This document shows positions 1 to 11,200 of a stretch of 58,019 nt of DNA, in pieces. The stretch is taken from positions 50,253 to 108,271 of the forward strand of contig NMRA01000893.1 in NCBI GenBank assembly GCA_002633005.1, given 5' to 3'. Numbering within the stretch: position 1 is the first letter of the stretch; every line of letters begins with the position of its first letter. The notes beneath the pieces are model-generated. The model did not search any database. It was not told where the DNA came from and saw only the letters and a program-made list of their open reading frames with translations. The translations under genes and the position numbers were made by a program. The stretch comes from Phoronis australis (taxonomy: Eukaryota; Animalia; Phoronida).

Positions 1-17
1 TGTAGTAATAGCCGAGA

Positions 18-87
18 TTACCCGACCCGGGGATCGAACCCGCGACCCCCATAAAACCGGCAAGCATGCTAACCATTCAGCTAATAG
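18..87 (-). promoter_or_regulatory. tRNA-like segment with Pol III A and B boxes, 3' LTR copy
   Basis: Minus strand reads TAGCTGAATGG (A box, 73-83) then GGTTCGATCCC (B box, 30-40) with a short T-arm-like stem; no full cloverleaf. Confidence 0.8.
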
Positions 88-403
88 GCAATTGCCCCTT
101 AGCGAGTAGCTAACAGAGGCTCATATAATTCACCGGAAGCACATTTACAACATTCCCCCCTTTCCTACGGAACGGGCACGCGACAGGAAGGTGAACACCA
201 GGATGTCTCGCATACAGGTCATCAACGTCCCTTGGTACCTTTACCACCACAACACAGGTGAACACAAGGTCGTCTCTCATACAGGTCCTTGACTATTGGA
301 ACCTTCCACGCGCGCTGTCCCGAGGTCCGTGGGTACTAGTTGGCAGTGCTTCATCGGTAGATCATCCGTTTGCCGACTACGCCATTTGTAGTAATAGCCG
401 AGA

Positions 404-473
404 TTACCCGACCCGGGGATCGAACCCGCGACCCCCATAAAACCGGCAAGCGTGCTAACCATTCAGCTAATAG
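404..473 (-). promoter_or_regulatory. tRNA-like segment with Pol III A and B boxes, 5' LTR copy
   Basis: Same A box (459-469) and B box (416-426) in the second LTR. Confidence 0.8.
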
Positions 474-1226
474 GCAATTGCCCCTTAGCGAGTAGCTAAC
501 AGAGGCTCATATAATTCACCGGAAGCACATCTACAACACACGTAAAATCACATGTCAAGAAATTGTGGAAAACACGTCAATTCGCTACGTGGAGCAAGAT
601 GTGCTGCGTTTGAAAGTATTGGAGTCCCTTTTAATTGCTTTTGAGAAGCCTGTTTTGAATGAGCAGCAAACAGGGTCACGCCGCACGTTACACTTGTTTG
701 CGTGATTTTCCTGTTTCCCCTTTTCATTAGTCATTCGTTGCAGTATTTCACACCTACCGTGTCTCACTGTGTGTGTCGTCAGCTTATTCCTTGTGGTGGC
801 ATTACTGCGTCATTTTATCTTCACTTGAGAATGAAACAAGTATGTTTCCAAATATCGTGTGTCTTTTAATTATGTCGCTAGGTCAGTTACTGTATCTATG
901 TTCAGTTGAGAGTAGAGTTTTGTTCCGAAAGTACGAACGTAATGGAATAAAGACTCTGAACAATGAAAAGTGTCGTGCATTTAACAAATTCTGTATTAGT
1001 ATTAATAGATGACATTGTAAGCTATAACTTTTCTGCAAATACTTTTTGAAATTGAAAAAGTCCAATCAATGCATTCAGTTTAAATCTGTAGCAACTTCTT
1101 CACATAATTTTAAAGCTGCCTTTGTAATATTTTAGGTGTGAGAACATTTTATCTTTTGCAAGTTTAGAAAGTAAATATATGACCTTAGGTTATTTTTATT
1201 GGCGGAAAAATTGTAATTTCATGGGT

Positions 1227-1261
1227 GTGACAGACGTACAAATTTGCTGTACGTCTGTCAC
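1227..1261. repeat. 14-bp perfect inverted repeat with 7-nt loop, probably inside a decayed DNA transposon
   Basis: gtgacagacgtaca-aatttgc-tgtacgtctgtcac. Confidence 0.7.
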
Positions 1262-2058
1262 GCAATTTCTGACTTAACAAATAAAATTTTGGTCTATAGT
1301 ACTGAGTAATAAGTTAAAAGAGAATCTGAAATTATTTTAATTTTGAGTGAAAAATTTTAACGTAACTAAACTTTTTTAACACTTTTTTGTGACGGATGTA
1401 CGGCACCATGATATCTAGAAGTTGACCTTTGATCCCAAGTGGTCGATGATGTGCTAAAGGTGAAATGTTATTTTTGATAAAGTTTGGGGTTCATGTGGTT
1501 GCACAAGTTTAATAGTTTAGTTAAATACCCATATTAAGCTTTTTTAGCAACACACATGAAAATCAAGCTAATTTCTTAGGGTCAAGTGACCCCAAAATGG
1601 GTCCGTTTAGGCAAAAAAATTTGAAACTAATAGGACTATCAAATATGGGTCCTGAAACAAGAGAGAATGGCCTTTCAGATAAGACCAGAAACGATAGTGT
1701 AGCCACAATTTTAATTTTTTAATTCGAGGTTGACCTTTCATGGTATTGTCCAGTAGTTTATTTTATGAATTGTGCACTTCCTCAGAAAGAAGGAGACATT
1801 TTATACCAGAGGGTTGTTTCCAAGTACCATCAGTCGATCACTAGTGTCGTGGGCTTTAACGTATAGTCAGTGTGCTAGTTCTAGACCAGTAATCAAACGT
1901 AGGGTGATAGTGTGTGACTCCTACTATAGCATTTGATCAGTCCAATGAACTTGCTTCTTCTTGAAGAATTATTCAGAATATGTCAACTAGGATGGACTGA
2001 CGGATAGTGTCCTTCCTGATAGTAAACATTTTCTGAATGGCATAATGCTTTTTTCTAG

Positions 2059-2298
2059 AAAATGAGAAATGTATCAAGCTGTGTGAGGTCTTTGCCATCG
2101 TTGCCGAGCAACAAGGTCACCGGGAGCTACATGAAGGCATGGAAATGATGTCCATGGCGATGACCTCGTTCAGCCTGTATACCATCAGGAGACTGCCCAA
2201 ACACTGCTGGCGAGAGCAGAAACTTACATTCCATTGCCGTGATGCCAACGTATGTCAGCGGTGGGTCAGTAAAGTGACAGAGATTCTCCGTGGTCCTG
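2059..2298 (+). CDS. CERK: CERK exon, PH-domain region
   Basis: ttttctag| ... HCWREQKLTFHCRDANVCQRWVSKVTEIL ... |gtaagt. Confidence 0.85.
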
Positions 2299-5200
2299 GT
2301 AAGTACTTAGGATTATGTTTTGGGGGGTCTTTAAACAGCTGCTTTTCTAAAATATTTGACTGCATGAGGCCGAATATCTGCCCCATTCTGCTGCCAAGTT
2401 ATGCTGATTTGGTCCACAAATTCCTATGATAAAATATTCCGTGAAGTCTGGAATACTCCTGTAAATGTTTGTCTTGGGCGGCTACCTGAGGCATTTCTGA
2501 TGAGGGGTAGCGACCAGGCATTGGACTTGGTGGTGATGGGAGGAGGGACATTAAGGCCATACCTCAGAGGGGAACGTATCTGATTTGTGGTAACAATAGA
2601 TTGTATTGATTGTTTTTGAAATCTACTTAATTTGCAATTAATGTTGAAGGAGGTTTTGTGGAACAGCGCTGAATGCATCACCTGAATTTTTGTCAGTCAA
2701 AGACTATCATGATTCAACGAAGCTTATTTTCACTCACTAGGTATATTCTCACTCCCACTTTTGAGTCAAACTCATACATTAGTCCACCTCATCTGATCTG
2801 AGCCCATCTGAACAGGTGTAAGCATACTTGTTCAGGTATCACCCTACCCACATGTATCTTACAGTCCACGTCAAATCAACCTCCTCTTTCTTTCCTGTTG
2901 TTAGGCAGCCTAACAATGCAGATCTGATAATGTGCATGTGGTCGTGCGTAAGTCCAGGGTATATTTCATGAAGGTGACTTAAGACATTTGGTCTTGCACT
3001 CCACACCATTATTCAGAAAAAAAATCTCACTCTAGCAAAAGTGCAGTCTCTTAGGGCGATTACATAAATACTGCTGTTTGATGGTAGGTCACAAATCTGC
3101 AACACCTTTCCATGCGTACAGTTTAGGTTTTTAGAAATTCCTGTTTACAAATTAGCAATTTTCACCAAAAATGCTGTCACATGATTAGAAATAATTTCAC
3201 TGTCATTTTAGGGATGAACTTAGATTTTCAGTCATCGAGGTGTCACAAAGTTATTTTTTACTTTCAAAATTCTAAATTTCTGTCTTATTTTCTTTTTCTG
3301 TTTTCTGTTTATACCAAACATATCTCTGCTAATGGCTATGTTTCACATTCCAGAATTCAACAGACCACAGCATATCCTGGTGTTTGTAAACCCCTTCGGG
3401 GGCCACAAAAAGGGGCCCAAGATTTACTCAGAAAAGATATCTCCATTGTTTGAGCTGGCACATGTTGAGACGGACGTTGTCGGTATGTGTCACAAAAATT
3501 GAGTGTTTCAGTACTGAAACCATGTAATGTGTAGCTATTAATATTGTATGAATATCCCACTCCTAAAACCGTGTTGTGTGTTACAGCAAGAGCTGTATTA
3601 TAAAATGAATATCCTACTCCTACACTGTAACATCATATTGTGTGTTATGTGATGTGCCAACTCATCTACTAGTTAGTTTCACAGAAACTTAACCTGAAGT
3701 TTGAGGAAGTCTTGTTCTAACTCACTCCCTAAAATGCAACACTAATACACAAGCTATTTCACATAATGATATATGAAACGTTATCATTCCATCATTGAAA
3801 TGATTTTCTTCCCTAAACTGGTCTTTCGTGGCTTAATATCAACTACTTTTTACGTGTGTGGTCAATGTTTCGTACTTACAAAATGATCTCTCTCTGATCA
3901 TTTTGAAGGTTGAACCTTTTTTGTAATTTATTAACCTGTTTGCAATTTTTGTGTTCAGAAGAGAATGCGAAAATTTTTCTATTTGATTGTTTAAAGAAGC
4001 ACAAGCGCTGACATTGGCATTGGGGCACATGTACGAATACTTCTTGTGTTTATTACAAAAAACACGTGATGGTCGCTACTACAGTGTATGCCCATTCGTG
4101 TTCATACTTGCCCACCTGTTGAATACTTTTGGTTATGAATACGGCATATATTCGCAGTGTTCACCTTACATGACTGTACAGTCTAAGATTGTCCTGCATC
4201 ATGCTTGAAAATTTCTCATTTTTTATGGTTGTCAAGACAACTGTTTGGTATATCTATTTTTATTTATTTTTTGCTGTAAAAATCACATAGCTATGTACTT
4301 GCCTAGTGAAAATAATGTTTAAGCTGTTATGGTTGTTTCTCAGATTAAACACAAATGAAGATCATGATGTGAAATCATGAGGCGCAATTCACACTATGCT
4401 TGAATCAGGGTGAATTCTGACTCATATCATTTCCTACTTCCCGTTAGCAAATTGAAGTATGAGTAAATGTCACGCACAAGTGTTTTGTTATTTTGCTTGC
4501 CAATGGATGAAATTCGTGCCCTGTGTGCAAGATTATAGTATTTTCACCCTCACCCAATGCCAGTAAGTGGGTCGTCTTAATTAGTGCCCTTATACGTGCT
4601 ATGCAGGTGCCTATGCTCTTGCATAACATAACTCTTTGAAAAGGCTTGATTGTTAGGTAACGACTGTGTCTGTTGTCACGCTGTTTGTTTCATAGTGTGC
4701 AGTTCGCGCCAAAACTAATCAGAGAATATGACCCAGAATTCCCTGTCACAATGGCTGAGCTTATCCAGATTTCCTCGTCATGATGACTGAGTCTGACGGA
4801 ATTTATTAACAGAGTACCTGTGATGATGAGTCATTAGAGGTTATTAAGTTACATGGACCTTCATCAATATGACTGTGCTCTCAATCAAATATCTTATTAA
4901 AAAAGATTTAAATTCATAAATTTAAAGCAGATCCAACAAAAGAGCCTGGTGCAGCTCGTGAATGCAACTGTTGGCGCAAGAACTGAGTATGGGCTCCTTC
5001 TGTGCCTCCCAACAGTCAATGACCAAACTACAGAGGATTCAAAATCAGGCCATGGGGATAGTAACCAGTGCAGCTAGATCCACTCCGGTAGACAGTCCCC
5101 AATACCGGTTAGGTATCAATAGCATCCGTACTAAACAGAAGACACTAGCAGCCCAAGTATTTCTAAAGGCAGCTACAACCAACTCACATCCTCTGTACCT

Positions 5201-8200
5201 GGACTTGAGAGAGCATAGTGATGAGCACACTGCACAGAGGCTGAAAACTGTTCAATCATGGGTTATCGGAGATAGGGAACTTGTCGAAGAGGTATGTCCA
5301 GTGGAGAACATCAACAGCATAGAGTGGTCCAAAGCCACAAACTTTGTCATCAACACCATGGAGATTGGAGGCCGTCATTGGCGGGAAAGAGCTGACTGTA
5401 TCAACCAAGCAACTGTATTGGAATGGCTTGAAGAACAATCATTGTTGCAACGGATGGCTCACTAAGAGATGACACTACGGCTTGGGCAGCAGTTACTTGG
5501 ACTCGCAAGGGTCAGCACCTCTTCGAATGGTCAACAGCACGGGTTGGAAAATCCTCGTCTTTTAGAGCTGAATGTGAAGCATATGAAGACGCCCTAGTCT
5601 GGCTCTCACAGAACACAACACCTGCAGACAGATCATTTCTACTTACAGACTCCCTCAGCCTCATTAGCAGGCTAGAAACTGGCCATGAGAAAGATTCCTG
5701 GATCCTTCTGTTCAGTTCTATTAATGGTCTCTTCACCAGTGTTTATATACCAGGACACTGTGGCATCTCATTCAACGTCAAGGCGGATGAGCTTGCAGGC
5801 ATCGCAGAACCGATTGCCGACCTGCTCCTCACACCAGCAAATGTAATCTCCAGAGTGCGTGAATCGCTTACTGATGCCGAGATTGTTCAACAGCAGGAGA
5901 GATGGGCAACATAGCGCCTCATAGAGCAAGGATGGCAATACAGAGATGCAGCAAAAACTCGTATCAGGGGAAAAGATCGAAGAGTGTGTAACCAGCACGA
6001 ACTTGGTTGCATCTCCAAATTTACATTGCGTGCGATACTGGAAGGAGGAGGGCCAGAGACTTTTCCGGTGCCTGCCGTCTGACGTCACCATAGAAACAGA
6101 AACAGAAACAGAAACAGAACATAAAAGAATATGTATTTTCTGAAAGTCAAGAGAGAGAGAGATGACTTTGAACTTTGTCAGATTCTTTTTAGTGCTATTA
6201 AGCAAAACAATTAAGGCACATTAACAAAAACACAAAAATGACATCAGCATCATTGACTAAATTTCAATTGGTAGCGTTATTCAAGATGAAACCTCAAAAC
6301 TCTCCGTTTTCAAAATTTTTTTGTTTTATGCAACATTAATAAGACTTTTACGATTTTCATGATAAAACTGTTTCTTTATTATTGGTTGTCGCAGAAGTGG
6401 ATCTATTGAGAAACCATTCCTAACAATGGTTTGGAGAAGAGACAGTGCATCAATGTGAAAAAAGTTTCATGAATCCGATCAGCCATTTCTGAGATATGGT
6501 GTTCTGAAGTTGGCCAAATTTGAATGTTTTTGGTGTCCACTGTACATTAATTATTTTCACTGAAGCAGCAATGCTGTGCTTGCCTTGTAATCTCTATCAA
6601 AAGCTTTAGCTTCATTGTGAATACTGTTTAAATGTCAATTTTTCTATGTTGTGTCCTAAAAGATCCCTCAGGGGCTGTTTTATAGACTTGTAACACTGAC
6701 ACCAGTGCCCTCCTTAATACATGTAGATAGTAATGCTTAACTGTACGTGTGTGTTGCAAAAGTGAACCAAGCAGCTAACGAGATGACAATTGGTTAATCC
6801 TAGTTTTTTCACTGGCCCTTTTAAGGACTAAAAATGGGAAATTATAATATCCTGCCCAGGATGTGAATATTTGTACCTGACGCACAAAATGATCCCGAAG
6901 GTACTCCTTGTGGGCTTTGATTTGTGTTCCCTTGGCGGAGTCTGCTATGAAAATTGCTGATACATAGCGAGGTTGATAAGACTTACAGGATTACTGGGAA
7001 TGGAAATGTGGATGTCAAGTAAATTACTTGTCATCAATAACCTAACCAATGGAATGTGCAATTTATACGGCCTAATATGCTGTTCATCTCATCTTTTCAT
7101 TATGGATTTTGTTATCAAGATGCTGTGTACTAATTCTGTGCTCAGGTAGCACAACGGAGAGTGTTGGGTGTGCAGTAGTTGCCAAAGGACTTCGACCATA
7201 TTTTGAAGATATCATTCTTGACATTTTAATATCAGCCTCGGAAGATTTTAAATATGAAAGTATACACTCGATGATTAAAGTAAATCTCTAACTTATTTAC
7301 TGTACATCTGCAGTGCTTTATCATCTATGCATTTCAACACTCCTTCAGAAATAGACCGATTCCAGGTTGAGTTTCTGCTTCAGGGTCTAATTTTTAGTAG
7401 ACGTTTCACTTTGCACTATTGTATTGTTTTGTTTACCTGATTTAAATCATAAATTTCCAAGAAATGTGCATCAGACCCCACTTAATTGTGATCTTTATAT
7501 TTAATTTTAGTGACAACTAGAGTAAGTCATGCTTACGATGTGGTTCAGAATTATGATCTCTCGAAAATTGACGGGTGAGTTTAATTTGATGTGTGATACT
7601 TTTGAATGATCAGTCAGGCTAGTCCTCTACATAACAAACCTTGCACACGTTTTTCATAAAGCCACATTTCGTATATATTAAGCTGCTGTGGTAAAAATTG
7701 TACAATTTGGGAAGTCTGTAGGATTTGGAACAAGGATATTTCAGCGGAAAATAAATTTTTTTGAATTCTAATCGAAGTCCTTTGAAGTATAAAACATTAC
7801 CATGCTCATCTGATATTGAACTGTGGCCAAGTGAAGATGGAACTCAAGTCCCAGGCAATGTGTGTATGTGGCATTTTGGAATTTGCAATATTAGGGTTGG
7901 CCAGCTCTAATACACTACGAAATGTTTTCTTGGGTCACTTTAGCCAACTAAACTGAGCAAAATGCACCTTTAAGTGCCCTTTTCGTGAGAATACTTTTTG
8001 CATGTTGTGTGATTCATTTCTCATGCCCCGGAAATTAATTTTCTCATGATTCACTGTTTTCAAGTTCTTACTAGTATTACACTAAGTAGATTATTCAATC
8101 TTCAAATTATTCATGTTAATACTTCTAGTTTTCGTCGATGATTATACTCTGTCCACCATGGAGCTTGTTTTACGATATAACACTTTTTCATCTTAGTCTG

Positions 8201-11200
8201 AAACTCTATTCTTTGGAAAGTGCACACAATCTCGCTTCTTCAAGTTAGAGCAAAATACATCCTCTTTGGATCAACGAGTCATTATATCTAGATCAAGTAG
8301 CAAACAGACAATACAGAATCAATAATCTGGGAATTCTACATTTATTTTGCATGGAAATAATTGGCAAAATTGCCATTTTCCCATTTTTCTAATGCCGATT
8401 ACTTTGCTGCATGTTATTGACACATACCAAGTGCTGTTTTCTGACATTTACGCAGTACATTTTCTTTATCTCTATGCTTTGTGGAGAAATTTTGCAGAAA
8501 ATAAATATTCATTTGTCAGCCATATTGTGTATGAAATAAGTGAAGATCGACCACGTTCCTATTTGTTGATTCTGTGTGGTATTCCAGGATTGTGACTGTT
8601 GGAGGTGATGGTATGTTTGCCGAGGTGATGAACGGCCTCATAGTCCGTTGGAACAGAGAGCGGGACATAGACGTGAACGACCCGGACTACGAGTTGATAC
8701 CACCAGACATCAGGGTTGGCATCATACCTGCCGGTTAGTGTGGCTCAGCATCAATCTCAATGTCAAGTTGTCTTGAACAGGGCTTGGAATTTTCCGCGGA
8801 AACGTGGATTTCCGCTTTTTTCAAATGTGCTTTCCGCTTTTTTTATAATATTTCCGCGTAAAAAAATCGGATTTGATATAAAATTTCCGCGTCAAATTCC
8901 TTTCTTACCGCGGCGTTGCAGACGACGTTCACCTCGAAAAGCGGAAGTTGCTCTTTATGTTTCGGAGGAACATAAATTGTCAACATTGCCGGGGCATCTG
9001 GGACAGCGTGGTGGGATTTTCAATGGCGTCTCGTGTTATTGTTAAGCGCGGCGACAAATACTACCGCTCTGCAGCCAAAAATGTGTAGGTTGGGAGTGGA
9101 CGGGCGAGCTAAAAGGACGCAGACGCATGCTACTGATGGTGGTAACGTTTTTTTTTTTTTTAGTCCTTCCGATTTTTGTCAGGGTAAGGTTCACATTGAC
9201 CATTTCAAGGCTGGTTATCGGGCGTGATTTGGGCCGTAAAAGTTTCAAAGTTTCCGCGTTTTTTGTCATTGGTCATTCCAAGCCCTGCTTGAAACATGCC
9301 CTCTGTGCTGGCAGGTTAGGTGCATGTATGATCAGGAAGAGGTTAAAATGTTTACTACAACTGATGGCATTTTCTGAGACCTGGATTACTTCTTAATTTA
9401 ATTTGTTTGTTGTTTTCATAGTTTTGTTCAAAGCTGTACAAGTGGAATTATTGAGAATGTTTGTGAAGCAGCTCTGGCTTTTCTAGAGGTGAAGCAGGTG
9501 TAGCATACGGCACGTAAAGTTGCTCTTGTTTGTAAAAGAGATTATTGTTTGATGATCCAAGTTGTGGTTCTCAGTGTTTTATATGTTCAAGAGCAAATTA
9601 ACGGAATTAAAATTATTTTACCCTGTGAAACCCGGCCTGGTTAGAAAGCACATCATCCCAAGGACGCTGTTGCGTCATCATGTTAAGGATTTGGTTTTAG
9701 AATAGTTCTAATAAGGATTGGGTGTAGAATGTTTCCTATAAGGATTTGGTTGCAGAATGTTTCCTATAAGGACTTGGTTGCAGAATGTTTCTATAAGGAT
9801 TTGGTTGTAGAGTGTTTCCTATAAGGATTTGGTTGTAGAGTGTTTCCTATAAGGATTTGGTTGTAGAATGTTTCCTATTCTTCGCTACTTCTTTCCAGGT
9901 TCAACAGATACGGTCGCCTACTGCACCACGGGAGCGACAGACCCTGTCACTTCAGCTCTCCACATCATTTTAGGTTAGCAAAACTGAGTTATGCATCTTG
10001 GCGTTTGTCAGTTTTCCTGTCCAGTTATTGCTTTATCATTAAATCACGCGTAAACTAAGCCTGTGGTATAGCGGATTTGCAGCGACGCCATATTGAAATT
10101 AGGTTAAAATGGTGCATTGTGGGTGCTGTGGTCAGGATTCCGAAAGCGGCCATAGTAACAAGCATAGTAAGCGGTGAGCGCGAAGAAAACTTACGGCGGA
10201 TACATTTGTTGTGTTCCTGGCTGCTTCAAAAACAACAAGAGAGATAAAAATCTGAATTTTATGAGTTCCCTGCAAGCCAAGAATTTCGTGAAAAATGGAT
10301 AAACAACATTAGGAGAGCTGCGAGTAAGGGGAGATTTAGCTCATTCAAACCAACGCGGGGCCATCTAGGGGCTACAATACTTCCATTCGCTTTCTGTACT
10401 CATTTCGTTACTTCAGTGTATTTCAAACGGGTCGTGACCGGATTTGTGTTACCGATTTCTCGTCAAAAATACATTCTACACTTAAAACTATCATTTAAAA
10501 AAACGCTTACTTTCATCATTGGTCCTTTCTACTTCTATTCATATCTTTGATGAAGCTTAGTTGTGAGAATTAAGTTGACTTTGGCGAAAAATTACAACGT
10601 CACTTTTTTGGCTGCCGTTAATTTTATCACCGCGTGCGCGATAACCACAAAGCACGTCAACTGAATCACGTGAGTGAGGCAAAGCGGGTTAGCGCGAGAC
10701 TGAGCGAAGCGCGTGACGCTAGCGCGCGACACCAAAATAGCATGAGAAGGTATCGGGTGAAACTTGTAAGATGTGTGTCCCTTGGACTTTTTATTCGTCA
10801 ACATGCGTAATTTCACGTAACTTCCTCAAAATGGCACCCGCGGTAACTGAGAGAAACTCGAGCAAACCGCGACAGATTTTCATCGATTTGTTCAAGTTTT
10901 GCTGAATAAATTGTATCCAGAGTCGTGGTATGTGTTAATTATAACTCCGTGTTCCTATATGTATGGTTCATTTGATTTTATTTGCTGTATTTTGAAATGA
11001 GTAACTTTTTGTGAGGATGTACTATCGCCAATGAATGGCCGCAGCATCCAGTGCGATGTAATTGCCTAGGGGCCATCGTGTGTGCAGCGAACATTTTCCT
11101 GGTGGAAAAAAGACGTATGAGAACAACATTCCGACGGAGTTTCCTCTTAAAATTAACGTCTCTAGCATATCCACGGCGAAAGCTACAACAGTTAAGCAAC

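Larger units (their letters stand above)
1..538 (-). mobile_element. Non-autonomous miniature LTR retrotransposon (TRIM) with tRNA-derived sequence in both LTRs
   Basis: Two 152-bp direct repeats (1-152, 387-538), 2 mismatches, TG...CA ends. On the minus strand a PBS TGGCGTAGTCGGCA (371-384) is complementary to the 3' end of tRNA-Ser, and a polypurine tract (153-165) abuts the other LTR. The 234-bp interior has no retroelement protein coding. Confidence 0.9.

Noticed and set aside
18-87. Functional tRNA gene
   Set aside because: A and B boxes are present but acceptor and anticodon arms do not form a cloverleaf, and the segment is part of an LTR.
9685-9878. CRISPR-like array
   Set aside because: Head-to-tail units without unique spacers, in a eukaryotic intron.
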